From positions 94,230 to 158,229 of the forward strand of contig JAZDFF010000001.1 in assembly GCA_043808095.1 (NCBI GenBank): a stretch of DNA of 64,000 bases. Reading direction: 5' to 3'. The DNA comes from Candidatus Omnitrophota bacterium (GTDB lineage Bacteria; Omnitrophota; Gorgyraeia; JAZDFF01). A program made the position numbers and the translations under genes. Below are positions 19,581 through 30,160 of the stretch, piece after piece (positions within the stretch are counted from its first letter, which is position 1; the number at the start of each line of letters is the position of its first letter). The notes under the pieces are model-generated. The model saw nothing but the letters and a program-made list of their open reading frames with translations. It did no database searches and was not told the origin of the DNA.

Positions 19581-20532
19581 GCTGTTGCCAAAAATCGGAA
19601 TTACTATTGGCGATCCCTCAGGTATCGGGCCGGAAGTTGTTGCCAAGGCCTTAAGCCAAGATTATATCGCAAGGTCAGCGAAGTTTACTGTAATTGGCGA
19701 CAGTTTTGTATTTCGTGAATTAGGCCGATATAAGAACATGCTTTCCCGTTTTGGTTTTATTGACCTTGCCAATATTCAAAGGGAATTTTTTTGTTTCGGT
19801 AAAACCAATGCCAAAAATGGCTTGGCCTCATTGGAATATATAGACGAGTCACTGCTGCTTTTTAAAAAAGGCGCTCTCGATGGTCTCGTCACTGGCCCAG
19901 TCCAGAAAGAGTCCATAATAAAAACCGGACTTCACTTTAGCGGCCATACTGAATACTTGGCACAAAAAACCAAGACTAAAAATTTTGCCATGATGTTTGT
20001 AACCTCCGGCTTAAAGGTAGTTTTACTGACAAGACATTTACCGCTAAAAGAGGTAAGTAAGGCCTTAACGAAACGAAATATTTATAATACCGTTAAATTA
20101 ACAGTTTTAGCCTTAAAAAACAATTTTGGCGTAAGTTTTCCCAGACTTGCAGTCTGCGGTCTTAACCCACATGCCGGCGAGGGCGGATATTTGGGAAGAG
20201 AAGAGATTGATAAAATTATTCCTGCCTTCGAGAAGATAAAAAAGGAATTTGATTGTACAATTTATGGGCCAGCCGCTTCTGATACCTTGTTCTACCTTGC
20301 TAAAAAAAACAAATTTGATGTTGTGATAGCCATGTATCATGACCAGGGGCTTATCCCTTTAAAATTAACTGACCCGAGGCATGCAGTCAATTTAACCCTG
20401 GGGCTACCCTTTATCCGGACTTCGCCTGCCCATGGTACCGGCCTTAATATCGCAGGCAAAAACTGCGCTGATGCAACTTCGATGGTTGAGGCGATAAAAT
20501 TGGCAGTTAGGCTTTGTAGAAAGTCTGGTTAA
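19555..20532 (+). CDS. pdxA: 4-hydroxythreonine-4-phosphate dehydrogenase PdxA
   Basis: IGITIGDPSGIGPEV, GHTEYLA, HGTG motifs. Confidence 0.85.
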   Translation: MPTSTLKNRLLPKIGITIGDPSGIGPEVVAKALSQDYIARSAKFTVIGDSFVFRELGRYKNMLSRFGFIDLANIQREFFCFGKTNAKNGLASLEYIDESLLLFKKGALDGLVTGPVQKESIIKTGLHFSGHTEYLAQKTKTKNFAMMFVTSGLKVVLLTRHLPLKEVSKALTKRNIYNTVKLTVLALKNNFGVSFPRLAVCGLNPHAGEGGYLGREEIDKIIPAFEKIKKEFDCTIYGPAASDTLFYLAKKNKFDVVIAMYHDQGLIPLKLTDPRHAVNLTLGLPFIRTSPAHGTGLNIAGKNCADATSMVEAIKLAVRLCRKSG

Positions 20533-20690
20533 AATAGTAAATATGATTTTAAAAACAAATTTTATATACGAATGCAAACAGATGGTTACTGATGTTGCGG
20601 ATAAAAATAATCCGTTTGAATCCCTGCCTGACGGTGAGGCAGGCGCTAAAATCTGTATGCATCGCAAAATTTTTAATTATTTCAGTTAAT

Positions 20691-21506
20691 ATGAATAAAA
20701 AAGAAGCAAGGTTTTTTAAAGAACGATACGATTTTTACCCTCGCAAGAGACTGGGCCAAAGCTTTTTGGTCGATCAAAATAATATCGAAAGGATAATCGC
20801 CTCTTGTAATTTATCAAATAAGGATATCGTCTTGGAGATCGGCCCAGGATTAGGGGCGCTTACCGAAAGGATAGTCAGGGTCGCCAAGAGATTAATCGCG
20901 GTTGAGATTGACCGCAATTTATGCGACCGCCTAAGAGAGAAATTAGGCCACTACAAAAACCTTACCTTTAAATGCCAAGATTTTCTAAAATTTGATTTTA
21001 AAGGCTTAAAAGGAATTAAGGTTATCGCAAATCTGCCCTTTTATATGTCTACTTCCATAATCTCGAAACTCCTTTATAAAAAGAAATCAATCTCGGAAAT
21101 TTTCATGACCGTACAAAAAGAATTAGCTGAGAGGATTAATGCCTCAGGCGGCAGGAAGGATTACGGCGCATTCAGCCTCTTTGTGCAATACCATACTTTG
21201 CCCCAAACCCTCTTTGATATTAAAAGGACATGCTTCAGGCCCGAGCCGAAAGTAGATGCCAGTTTTATGAATCTTAAAATTAGAAAAGATACGCAATTAA
21301 AACCGAAGGATGAGAAATTGGTTTTTGAGATTATCCGTAAGTCTTTTACCCAGCGGCGTAAAAATATCGTAAATGCCCTAAAAGACCTCATCCCTAAAGA
21401 CGGATTAATAGAGGCGCTTTCAAAAAGCGATATTAGTTTAAACAGACGACCGGACAGCTTAAGATTAGAGGATTTTGCGAAATTGGCCGATGCGTTGTCA
21501 AATTAA
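20691..21506 (+). CDS. rsmA: 16S rRNA (adenine1518/1519-N6)-dimethyltransferase RsmA/KsgA
   Basis: LGQSFLVDQNNIERI, LEIGPGLGALT, IANLPFYMSTSII; start moved to internal ATG because the ORF-track start crosses an intergenic palindrome. Confidence 0.85.
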   Translation: MNKKEARFFKERYDFYPRKRLGQSFLVDQNNIERIIASCNLSNKDIVLEIGPGLGALTERIVRVAKRLIAVEIDRNLCDRLREKLGHYKNLTFKCQDFLKFDFKGLKGIKVIANLPFYMSTSIISKLLYKKKSISEIFMTVQKELAERINASGGRKDYGAFSLFVQYHTLPQTLFDIKRTCFRPEPKVDASFMNLKIRKDTQLKPKDEKLVFEIIRKSFTQRRKNIVNALKDLIPKDGLIEALSKSDISLNRRPDSLRLEDFAKLADALSN

Positions 21507-21518
21507 GCGGGGTATATT

Positions 21519-22067
21519 ATGAAAAAAGAGATTCCTTTATCTAAAGCAAATCGCCTGATTAATAGCGGCCAGGTTATCCTGGTCAGCTCATCCTACAAGG
21601 ATAAGGCTAATATTATAACCCTTGCCTGGAATATGCCTCTAAGTCATAAGCCTGCACTTTTAGGTATAAGCGTGGCCAAGGCACACTTGTCCTGCGAATT
21701 GATAACCAAATCCCGGGAATTTGTAGTTAATATACCCTCGGTTGAGTTGTTCAAACAGGTAATTTACTGCGGCACTCATTCAGGAAGAGAAGTAGATAAG
21801 TTTAAGGAGACCGGTCTTACCCCGGTTAAGGCTAATCGGCTCATAAAAACTCCTTTAATCGGAGAATGCATTGGAAATCTTGAATGTTTGCTTGGGGATA
21901 TTAAAGAGGTAGGCGATCACAATTTATTTATCGGCGAAGCAATTTATGCGCAGGTTGAAAACGATTTATTTCGGGAAGTATGGAATACTGAAAAAGTTAA
22001 ACTTATCTATCATCTGGGAGCAAGTTTTTTTACTGAGTCAGGAAGACTATTGGAAAGTGAGCAATAG
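21519..22067 (+). CDS. Flavin reductase-like domain protein
   Basis: 182 aa with flavin_reduct-like pattern (ITLAWNMPLS, LLGISV). Confidence 0.6.
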   Translation: MKKEIPLSKANRLINSGQVILVSSSYKDKANIITLAWNMPLSHKPALLGISVAKAHLSCELITKSREFVVNIPSVELFKQVIYCGTHSGREVDKFKETGLTPVKANRLIKTPLIGECIGNLECLLGDIKEVGDHNLFIGEAIYAQVENDLFREVWNTEKVKLIYHLGASFFTESGRLLESEQ

Positions 22068-22119
22068 TATGAAAATATTAAATTGTACTATTCAAAAGTC
22101 GAGTTAACAGTTTGAAGCT

Positions 22120-22310
22120 CGGTTTTTCGGTATGGATGCTCGTATCGATGCTCGTCTTGGAAACTCGTCTTATGTTTTATCTAGCTTCGATATCCTTAGA
22201 TTGCACTCAAGATACCGTCCTGAGCCTGTCGAAGGACGATACCAGCATCCCTGCCTCACCGGCAGGCAGGGACGACCTAAGACGAGTATCGATACCTTGG
22301 TTGTTGAGTA
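22120..22310. repeat. Palindromic repeat cluster, family H (inverted relative to copy at 900-1100) plus CCTGCCTCACCGGCAGGCAGG
   Basis: 22129-22154 is the reverse complement of 1054-1079; 22200-22260 matches the reverse complement of 941-1000. Confidence 0.8.
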
Positions 22311-22410
22311 TATAGAGTTGTAAATACATCTATTAAATTATACAATAATTCGAAATTCGTGCTTCGGATTTAACTTAAGTAAGAAACATATTACACATGG
22401 GAGTGATAAA

Positions 22411-22710
22411 ATGAGAAATTTAGCATTCAAGGATTATGTAAAGCTATGCCATAAGATTGCCAAAGAAAAAGGCTTCTGGGATAAAGAAAGAAATATTCCG
22501 GAGATGCTTATGCTTATTGTTTCAGAATTAGGAGAGGCGCTTGAGGCCTATCGCATCAAGGATAAAGAAAATTTTAACGAAGAAATAGCAGATACCTTTA
22601 TCCGCTTGTTTGACCTCTGCGGCGGGTTGAAGATAGATGTTGAGAAATATGTCCTTGAGAAGGCATCTGTCAATAAAAGCCGGCCCTATATGCACGGCAA
22701 GATTTGCTAA
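22411..22710 (+). CDS. Small MazG-like nucleotide pyrophosphohydrolase domain protein
   Basis: 99 aa with EELGEALEA and EEIADTF acidic motifs of the MazG/all-alpha NTP-PPase fold; bounded by repeat clusters. Confidence 0.55.
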   Translation: MRNLAFKDYVKLCHKIAKEKGFWDKERNIPEMLMLIVSELGEALEAYRIKDKENFNEEIADTFIRLFDLCGGLKIDVEKYVLEKASVNKSRPYMHGKIC

Positions 22711-22749
22711 GACTAAGAAAAAATGAATCTTTTAACGCTAATAATCACA

Positions 22750-23060
22750 AATCTTCCGCCACAATTCTTTTGCACCACAAATATTGGCGCATCCGCCAAT
22801 TATTATGGCGGAGGCGGACCCGCCAATCTTTGTGGCGGGAACGCTAATGTTCGCGAATCTTTAAAATTGCCTAATTTTATGGTTAAGTTTTCGGGCTAAG
22901 GTTAAGAAACCAGTATGGAAAATTAGGTTAGGGTTAAGTATTTCTTTACCTAACCTTAACCTCTAAACCATACTGGCATCATAACCCTAACCATAACCTG
23001 AGATTAGCGAGAATTCGCGTTTCCTGCCTGCCGTGAGGCAGGGATTAGCGGAAATTCGCG
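22750..23060. repeat. Palindromic repeat cluster (CCGCCACAA...TTGTGGCGG family; GGTTAAG module; CCTGCC palindrome)
   Basis: GGCGGACCCGCCAATCTTTGTGGCGGG is identical at about 22813 and 59093; related copy at 30001-30060. Confidence 0.8.
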
Positions 23061-23089
23061 TTTGAAGTTTTTGAAATCTTCTAGATAAG

Positions 23090-23509
23090 ATGAAACCCGC
23101 TCAACATATAATTATTACTTTACCGTTTAGTGCGGCAATATATCTCTATTTTAACTCCTTGGGGTCTGCCCTCATATTGTTTTTCTCAGGAATTTTGATT
23201 GATCTCGATCATATCTTGGATTACAGGCTTAATGGCCGCTATCGCGCCAATCTTAAGGAATTTTATTTATTCTGTCTGGAAAAACAATTTGACAGAATTT
23301 TTCTTATTTTTCATTCTCTTGATGTTATATTATTTTTATGGATTTTAATTACCGTATTTAAGTTAAATATCTACTGGATCGCGCTTACCGTGGGCTTAAG
23401 CCTGCACATTATTTTGGATTTATTAACAAATGGAGTTTATCCTCCTGCATATTTTCTCGTCTATAGAATGATTAAAGATTTCAAAAAAGAGTCGATGTTT
23501 AAGGAATAA
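23090..23509 (+). CDS. Small integral membrane protein (putative membrane-bound metal-dependent hydrolase family)
   Basis: 139 aa, 4 predicted TM helices with conserved His/Asp (LIDLDHILDY, HSLD). Confidence 0.45.
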   Translation: MKPAQHIIITLPFSAAIYLYFNSLGSALILFFSGILIDLDHILDYRLNGRYRANLKEFYLFCLEKQFDRIFLIFHSLDVILFLWILITVFKLNIYWIALTVGLSLHIILDLLTNGVYPPAYFLVYRMIKDFKKESMFKE

Positions 23510-23511
23510 AG

Positions 23512-24105
23512 ATGAAAACGGTTTACCAGATAATCTTAAAACGCCGCTCTATTAGGCGGTTTAAACAGAAAAAAATCCCGTATACAATTCTTAAAAAATT
23601 AGTTGATGCGGCAAGACTGGCTCCCTCTGCGGGAAATTTACAGCCTCTCGAGTACATAACCATAAATAAGAAGGAGCAGCTTAAGAAAGTTTTTAGCTGC
23701 CTTAGATGGGCGCTCTATATTCATCCAGACGGCTCACCCAGAGAGGGCAGGCATCCGACAGCCTATATCGTGGTTTTGATAAACACCCGTAAATCCAAAC
23801 TTTCAAACTATTATGGACATGATGTTGGCGCAGCGGTAGAGAATATTATTTTAGCAAGCCAATCTAAAGGCATTGGTTCATGTTGGCTTGGTTCAATTGA
23901 CAGAGACAGGCTGGCTAAATTCTTAAATATTCCCAGTTTTTGCCTTATTGATTCTGTGGTTGCCTTGGGATATCCTGCTGAATCACCAAAACCTGAGGTT
24001 TTGAAGGATTCAGTCAAATATTGGCTAGATACAAAGGGCTGCCTGCACGTACCTAAACGTAAGCTTAAAGACATATTTCATAAGAATATATATACCTTAC
24101 GTTAA
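23512..24105 (+). CDS. Nitroreductase family protein
   Basis: RRSIRRF N-terminal motif and PSAGNLQP typical of the nitroreductase fold. Confidence 0.8.
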   Translation: MKTVYQIILKRRSIRRFKQKKIPYTILKKLVDAARLAPSAGNLQPLEYITINKKEQLKKVFSCLRWALYIHPDGSPREGRHPTAYIVVLINTRKSKLSNYYGHDVGAAVENIILASQSKGIGSCWLGSIDRDRLAKFLNIPSFCLIDSVVALGYPAESPKPEVLKDSVKYWLDTKGCLHVPKRKLKDIFHKNIYTLR

Positions 24106-24182
24106 TTTATCTTTCTAGAGAAAACCTACCTCTATTTTTTCTTCCATTCTCAATAGAAGCCGTTAATTCAAAAGGTTTTTTT

Positions 24183-24365
24183 TGACACATTCGACTTCGT
24201 GGTTCGACAGGCTCACCACTCCTGGACCATCCCGAACGAACCCATTCGACTTCGCTCTGCTTCGGCAAGCTCAGCATTCACCCTGAGCGAGTGAAACGAG
24301 TCGAAGGGCTCAGGGTTTGTACTGAGTTTATCGAAGGACGAAGTTGAAGGGCTCAGTGTCAATTC
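24183..24365. repeat. Palindromic repeat, family D (GGTTCGACAGGCTCACC / CGAAGGGCTCAG)
   Basis: Related copies at 48287-48362, 45763-45880 and 41333-41360. Confidence 0.75.
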
Positions 24366-24407
24366 TAAAAAATCATGACCTCTGGCTTAGCAAGAGACTG
24401 GAAGGAT

Positions 24408-24436
24408 TGACTTTTTGGATAAAAGGTGTTAATATG
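24408..24436 (+). promoter_or_regulatory. Sigma-70-like promoter candidate upstream of gatCAB
   Basis: TTGACT, 17-bp spacer, TAATAT; about 140-nt leader before gatC. Confidence 0.45.
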
Positions 24437-24578
24437 TAATGACTTGCGAGGCTTTATCTCTGCGTCTTCTTTTAGAATGAGTTGGCTTCGGTAAACCCCG
24501 AACAAATGTTCTTTAACCTGGCGTTTACATCCGGGTTTTCTGGTGAAGGGTAAAATTTTTGGTTAAAAGAGTCTCAAG

Positions 24579-24866
24579 ATGGCGATTTCTAAAAAGGATG
24601 TCAAATACGTAGCAGACCTGGCTCGCGTTGAGTTAACTGAGGAAGAATTGAATCAGTTTGCAAAACAATTAGAAAATATTATTGAATACATCGATAAACT
24701 AAAAAAACTTGATATATCGGCAGTAGAGGCAACTACTCATGTCTTGAATATAAAAAATGTCTTCCGGGATGATGTTGTTAAACCGTCGTTAAATATCGTA
24801 GAATTCCTTAAGTCCATTCCCAAAAAAGAAGGCACATTTTTTAAGGTCCCCAAGGTTATTGAGTAA
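24579..24866 (+). CDS. gatC: Asp/Glu-tRNA amidotransferase subunit C
   Basis: 95 aa, ISKKDVKYVADLARVELTEEE GatC N-terminus; precedes gatA-gatB. Confidence 0.85.
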   Translation: MAISKKDVKYVADLARVELTEEELNQFAKQLENIIEYIDKLKKLDISAVEATTHVLNIKNVFRDDVVKPSLNIVEFLKSIPKKEGTFFKVPKVIE

Positions 24867-24879
24867 GCACAAAGATTAA

Positions 24880-25000
24880 ATTCCTAATGACTAAATCCTA
24901 ATGAATAATTAATTCTTAAATTATCCAATGTCTAATTAGAATTTTAGGCATTAAGAAATTTAGAAATTTATTCGTCATTCGTCATTAGAAATTTGGCATT
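24880..25000. repeat. Palindromic repeat, family F (TTATTCGTCATTCGTCATTAGAAATT)
   Basis: Related copies at 55030-55160 and 58960-59035. Confidence 0.75.
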
Positions 25001-25023
25001 AATAAACCGAATAAAATTATAAA

Positions 25024-26463
25024 ATGGAATTATACAGTCTAACTGCCCACCAGTTAAAGGAATTACTCGTTAAAAGAGAAATAGAACCCGTTGATATCAT
25101 AAATTCTTTAAAGAAACACATTGAGACCGTCGACAAAAAGATTAAGGCCTATGTGAGATTACCCGAGATGCCAGATGCTAGATACCAGATACCGGATGAT
25201 TCTAGTCTTGCCGGCATCCCCGTCGCTATCAAAGACAATATCTGCACTCTTGGCGAAGAAACCACTTGCTCTTCGCATATCTTAGACGGTTTTAAGCCGC
25301 CTTATGATGCCACGGTAATAAAAAAATTAAGAGAGGCCGGCGCTATTGTTTTTGGTAAGACCAATATGGATGAATTCGCCTTTGGTTCATCTACTGAAAC
25401 CTCGTATTACGGTCCAACTTATAATCCCTGGGATTTAAAAAGGGTACCTGGCGGTTCAAGCGGTGGTTCAGCTGCAGCGGTGGCAAGTGATGAGGCAATT
25501 CTCGCCCTCGGTTCAGATACCGGCGGTTCGATTAGACAACCCGCATCTTTTTGCGGGACAGTTGGTTTAAAACCTACTTACGGACGGGTTTCTCGTTATG
25601 GACTTATTGCCTTTGCCTCAAGTTTAGACCAGATCGGCCCGATTACCAAGGATGTACGAGACGCCGCTATTTTATTAAATGTTATTGCCGGTCATGACGT
25701 TCTGGATTCAACTTCTTTGGATATTCCCGTTGCCGATTATACGAAGTCCCTGGTTAATGATGTCAAGGGCCTTAAGATAGGAATTCCCAAAGAATATTTT
25801 GTAGAGGGAATTGAGCCGGAGGTTAAAAAGAGTTTGGATGAGGCGATTAAATTATTTCAAGATTCAGGAGCTAAATGCAGCCAGGTATCTTTGCCGCATA
25901 CCGAATATGCCGTGGCTGTTTATTATATTGTAGCAACCGCCGAGGCAAGTTCCAACTTGGCCAGGTTTGACGGGATGCAGTATGGTGTTAGAAAAGAGGC
26001 TAAGACTAAAGATTCGCTGCTTGATACTTATAAGCTAACAAGACGTTATGGTTTTGGCAAAGAGGCAAAACGCAGAATCATTTTAGGCACTTATGTCTTA
26101 TCCAGCGGTTATTACGATGCCTATTATTTGAGGGCACTAAAAGTGCGCACTAAGATTAAGGAAGATTTTGATGAGGTATTTAAAAATTATGATTGTATCA
26201 TTACACCAACGTCGCCCACAGTGGCTTTTAAATTAGGAGAAAAATTAGAAGACCCGCTGGCCATGTATCTGTCGGATATCTTTACAATTTCAGCCAATCT
26301 CGCCGGCATTCCCGGGATATCTATTCCTTGCGGGTTTAGCGAAAAAGGCCTTCCCGTAGGCATGCAGATTTTGGCAAAACCTTTTGCCGAAGAGGCTATT
26401 TTTCGGGTTGCCTATACTTACGAGCAGAATACGAGTTGGCATCTTAAAAAGCCTAAACTATAG
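25024..26463 (+). CDS. gatA: Glutamyl-tRNA(Gln) amidotransferase subunit A
   Basis: Amidase signature [12 protein letters not shown] and catalytic Ser-cisSer-Lys region. Confidence 0.9.
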   Translation: MELYSLTAHQLKELLVKREIEPVDIINSLKKHIETVDKKIKAYVRLPEMPDARYQIPDDSSLAGIPVAIKDNICTLGEETTCSSHILDGFKPPYDATVIKKLREAGAIVFGKTNMDEFAFGSSTETSYYGPTYNPWDLKRVPGGSSGGSAAAVASDEAILALGSDTGGSIRQPASFCGTVGLKPTYGRVSRYGLIAFASSLDQIGPITKDVRDAAILLNVIAGHDVLDSTSLDIPVADYTKSLVNDVKGLKIGIPKEYFVEGIEPEVKKSLDEAIKLFQDSGAKCSQVSLPHTEYAVAVYYIVATAEASSNLARFDGMQYGVRKEAKTKDSLLDTYKLTRRYGFGKEAKRRIILGTYVLSSGYYDAYYLRALKVRTKIKEDFDEVFKNYDCIITPTSPTVAFKLGEKLEDPLAMYLSDIFTISANLAGIPGISIPCGFSEKGLPVGMQILAKPFAEEAIFRVAYTYEQNTSWHLKKPKL

Positions 26464-26465
26464 AT

Positions 26466-27896
26466 ATGGAATTTGAAACAGTTATCGGATTAGAAGTTCA
26501 TGTGCATTTATTAACCAAATCCAAGGCATTTTGCGGTTGCTCTACTGATTTTGGCAATAACCCTAATAGCCAGACCTGTCCGGTATGCCTTGGGCTGCCG
26601 GGCTCTTTGCCGGTTTTAAATAAAAGGGCACTGGAGCTTGCGATTAAAACTGCTCTTACCCTGCATTGTAAGATCAGCGGCTATATCAAGTTTGACCGCA
26701 AGAATTATTTTTATCCGGATCTTCCCAAAAACTTTCAGATTTCACAATATGATTTGCCGCTTTCAAGCAAAGGATATCTGGATATTGAAATAGAGGGTAA
26801 ACCCAAACGTATCGGAATCACCAGGGTGCATTTAGAAGAGGATGCGGGTAAATTAATCCATAAGGAAGATTATAGTTTAGTGGATTATAACCGCTCGGGA
26901 ATCCCGCTACTTGAGATTGTCAGCGAGCCGGATATTAATTCTCCTTTTGAGGCCTATGAATATCTAGCAGGGCTGAAGGCCATATTGGAATACCTTGAGG
27001 TCTCTGACTGCGATATGGAAAAAGGAAGCCTGCGTTGTGATGCCAATATTTCTATTCGTGAACCCGGACAAAAATCACTCGGTAAAAAAACCGAGCTTAA
27101 GAATATGAATTCCTTTAAGGCAGTAAAGGCAGCCCTAGAATTTGAGGCTCACCGGCAGGCCAAGATCTTAGAAGAAGGCGGCAAATTGGTTCAGGAGACC
27201 AGGCTTTGGGATGATGAATCCGAGACTACTTTTTGTATGCGCTCGAAAGAAGAGGCGCATGATTATCGTTATTTCCCTGAGCCGGACCTGCCGTATTTTT
27301 CTGTTGATGAAAGGAAAATTGATTCTTTAAAGAAGGAGATTCCGGAATTACCCAAACAAAAAGTCGGTCGTTTTATAAAGGAGTACGGTCTTTCTGATTA
27401 TGATGCTAACACACTCGCAGGCGACAAGGCTATGGCCGATTATTTCGAAGCATGTCTAAAACATCTTAACCGGCCGAAAGAAATAGCCAATTGGATAATC
27501 GGTCCGGTTTCATCGCAGCTTAATAGCCGAAAATTAAATATTAAGAATTTGAATTTAAGGGCCCAGACCCTGGTTAAGATAATCGGGCTCGTTAGTGACG
27601 GACAAATCAGCAATCTGCGCGCCAAGGATCTTTTGACCGAGGTAATCGACACCGGAGGAGATCCCGAAACGATTATGCAGGAAAAAGAGATGTTGCAGTT
27701 GTCCGATAAAGAGAGTCTCGAAAATTTCGTTAATACTGCAATTGAGAAAAATCCCGGCCCGGCAAAAGAGTATCTCGGCGGTAAAGACAATGCCCTTTCG
27801 TTTTTGGTGGGCCAGGCCTTAAAGGCGTCAGGCGGCAAGGCCAATCCTAAGATAATTAAACAGATGTTAGAGGGGAAATTACTAAGGAATCAATAA
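26466..27896 (+). CDS. gatB: Asp/Glu-tRNA amidotransferase subunit B
   Basis: EFETVIGLEVHVHL N-terminus, GatB/YqeY C-terminal domain. Confidence 0.9.
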   Translation: MEFETVIGLEVHVHLLTKSKAFCGCSTDFGNNPNSQTCPVCLGLPGSLPVLNKRALELAIKTALTLHCKISGYIKFDRKNYFYPDLPKNFQISQYDLPLSSKGYLDIEIEGKPKRIGITRVHLEEDAGKLIHKEDYSLVDYNRSGIPLLEIVSEPDINSPFEAYEYLAGLKAILEYLEVSDCDMEKGSLRCDANISIREPGQKSLGKKTELKNMNSFKAVKAALEFEAHRQAKILEEGGKLVQETRLWDDESETTFCMRSKEEAHDYRYFPEPDLPYFSVDERKIDSLKKEIPELPKQKVGRFIKEYGLSDYDANTLAGDKAMADYFEACLKHLNRPKEIANWIIGPVSSQLNSRKLNIKNLNLRAQTLVKIIGLVSDGQISNLRAKDLLTEVIDTGGDPETIMQEKEMLQLSDKESLENFVNTAIEKNPGPAKEYLGGKDNALSFLVGQALKASGGKANPKIIKQMLEGKLLRNQ

Positions 27897-27910
27897 AATG
27901 GAGGGAATTT

Positions 27911-29179
27911 ATGAAACGTTCTAAAAAAGTTGCACTTTCTATTCTATCCGTTGTTTTGAGTCTTGGTTTGGTGAGTATAGCCATTTCTGGTATAGAAAGA
28001 AAAAAGAAGGATGATATATATCCCCAGTTAGAATTATTTACGGATGTCTTGGGTTTAGTCCAAACAGATTATGTTGAAGAGAGCAAACCCAAAGACCTTA
28101 TTTATGGGGCTCTAAAGGGAATGATGGCCTCCCTTGACCCGCACAGTCAATTCCTGGACCCGGATGCCTATAATGAACTTAAGGTTGATACCCAGGGCCA
28201 GTTTGGCGGCATCGGTATTGAGATTACCATTAAAGACGATCTCCTTACCGTTATAACCCCTATTGAAGGAACTCCTGCCTGGAATGCCGGCATAAAGTCC
28301 GGGGACAGGATTATCAAGATTGACGGCGAATTAACCCGAAATATCAGTTTAATGGACGCAGTAAAGAAATTACGCGGCAAGCCTCAGACCGAAGTCGCTT
28401 TAACTATCTGGCGGGAGAATGAAGGCAAACTGTCCGATTATAAAATTACCCGCGATATCATTAAGATAAAGGATATCAGGGATGCCAGGGTTTTAGAAGA
28501 GAATATCGGATATATCCGCTTGGTTGAATTCAGAGAAACCACACAAGGGAATTTTGATAAGGCCTTGGCAGATTTAAAAAAACAGAATATCGATGCCTTA
28601 ATCCTGGATTTACGCAATAACCCCGGCGGACTTTTAGACGCGGCTGTCAGGGTAAGCGAAAAATTTGTGGAAAAAGACAAGATGATTGTTTATACCAAAG
28701 GCCGTGATCCTTCGCAAAATATGGAATTTAAATCCAAAGAAGCTGCCCCTGATCTAAATTTGCCTATGGTGATATTAGTCAATGATGGTAGCGCCTCAGG
28801 CAGTGAGATTGTTGCAGGAGCGCTTCAGGATTATAAGCGGGCAGTCATAGTAGGAATAAAAACATTTGGGAAGGGCTCGGTCCAGACGGTAATTCCGCTT
28901 CGCGACGGTTCGGGGCTGCGGCTGACCACAAGCAAATATTTTACTCCATCGGGGCGCACTATCCATGGAACAGGCATTATGCCGGATGTAGTGGTTGAAC
29001 CCAAAGAACCCGAAGCGGGCCTTGATGAGAAGAAACCTTTGGATATATTTAAGCAGATGGAAAAAGAAGAAGCACAAGTTAAGGAAGAATCTAAAGATTA
29101 TAAGAATGACAACCAGCTTATGCACGCGATTTATATTTTAAAAGGGATAAAAGTTTATCGGGGCATGACAAAGAACTAA
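27911..29179 (+). CDS. ctpA: Carboxy-terminal processing (S41) peptidase
   Basis: PDZ domain plus S41 catalytic region (GSASGSEIVAGALQD), N-terminal signal anchor. Confidence 0.85.
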   Translation: MKRSKKVALSILSVVLSLGLVSIAISGIERKKKDDIYPQLELFTDVLGLVQTDYVEESKPKDLIYGALKGMMASLDPHSQFLDPDAYNELKVDTQGQFGGIGIEITIKDDLLTVITPIEGTPAWNAGIKSGDRIIKIDGELTRNISLMDAVKKLRGKPQTEVALTIWRENEGKLSDYKITRDIIKIKDIRDARVLEENIGYIRLVEFRETTQGNFDKALADLKKQNIDALILDLRNNPGGLLDAAVRVSEKFVEKDKMIVYTKGRDPSQNMEFKSKEAAPDLNLPMVILVNDGSASGSEIVAGALQDYKRAVIVGIKTFGKGSVQTVIPLRDGSGLRLTTSKYFTPSGRTIHGTGIMPDVVVEPKEPEAGLDEKKPLDIFKQMEKEEAQVKEESKDYKNDNQLMHAIYILKGIKVYRGMTKN

Positions 29180-29183
29180 GCCT

Positions 29184-29966
29184 ATGCGCTTGAAAGATAA
29201 GAAAAATATTGCCATTGCGGTTTTAGCCGTAATTGCGCTTTTTCAGTTTGTTTTAATCATCAGCCTTTGGCCCAGGAAGGCAATTATCGTAAAGCCGCCT
29301 CCAAAGCTGCCCAAGGTAGCCATAGTCATCGATGACTGGGGTTATAACCTGACTCATATAGGTTTAATCCGAGGATTAGGCCTGCCTTTAAATCTGGCTA
29401 TATTGCCGAATCTGTCTTATTCCAGGCAGACCGCCCAGATAGCCAGGGACAATGACTGGCAGGTAATTCTCCATCTACCGATGCAGCCGCAAGAGTTGAG
29501 TCTTAGATTGGAAAAAGACACCATTCTTACTAAGATGGATGAGAACAGCATCATCAGAATTTTCCAAAAAGACACGAAGAGCGTTCCTTATATAAGAGGC
29601 GTCTCTAATCACATGGGCTCCCGCGCCACCCAGGATATCTGGGTAATGTCGGTAATCTTTAAGCAGTTGAAGAAATACAATTTTTATTTTTTGGATAGTT
29701 TTGTCACCGTAAATTCCGTATGCTCCCGCTTAGCCAAAAAAGAAGGCGTTCGTTATACTCGAAGAGACGTATTCTTAGACAACAAGGAAGATTCGAAATA
29801 CATCAAAGATATGCTTGAAGAATTAATTGATGTTGCCAAGGAAAATGGGCAGGCCGTAGGCATAGGCCATAATCTAAAGACAACGCTACAGGTGCTTAAA
29901 GAAGAGCTCCCTAAATTTAAAGATAAAGGGATTAACTTGGTTCTGGTTTCAGACCTTTTAAAATAA
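29184..29966 (+). CDS. Divergent polysaccharide deacetylase family protein (YibQ-like)
   Basis: 260 aa with N-terminal TM; VAIVIDDWG and SNHMGS motifs. Confidence 0.7.
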   Translation: MRLKDKKNIAIAVLAVIALFQFVLIISLWPRKAIIVKPPPKLPKVAIVIDDWGYNLTHIGLIRGLGLPLNLAILPNLSYSRQTAQIARDNDWQVILHLPMQPQELSLRLEKDTILTKMDENSIIRIFQKDTKSVPYIRGVSNHMGSRATQDIWVMSVIFKQLKKYNFYFLDSFVTVNSVCSRLAKKEGVRYTRRDVFLDNKEDSKYIKDMLEELIDVAKENGQAVGIGHNLKTTLQVLKEELPKFKDKGINLVLVSDLLK

Positions 29967-29989
29967 TTTTTGCTAAAAAACAATTATTT

Positions 29990-30140
29990 ACACAGATGTG
30001 CACAGATGCCCGCCACAAAAATTGGCTGGTCCGCCAACGTATTATGGCGGAAAATGATACAAGATTAGCACAGATTATCTGCGCTAATCTGTGAAAGACT
30101 TAAATTTTAAGGGTCAATCTGTGCTCATCAGTGAACCTTG
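29990..30140. repeat. Palindromic repeat cluster (CCGCCACAA/TGGCGG family plus ATCTGTGCT modules)
   Basis: Matches 22750-22860 and 59036-59140 families. Confidence 0.75.
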
Positions 30141-30160
30141 ATTTTTTTCGTTAAAAAATA

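Noticed and set aside
22112-22323. Two overlapping 63-67-aa ORFs
   Set aside because: They lie entirely within a palindromic repeat cluster that occurs in inverted orientation elsewhere; the reading frames are not conserved between copies.
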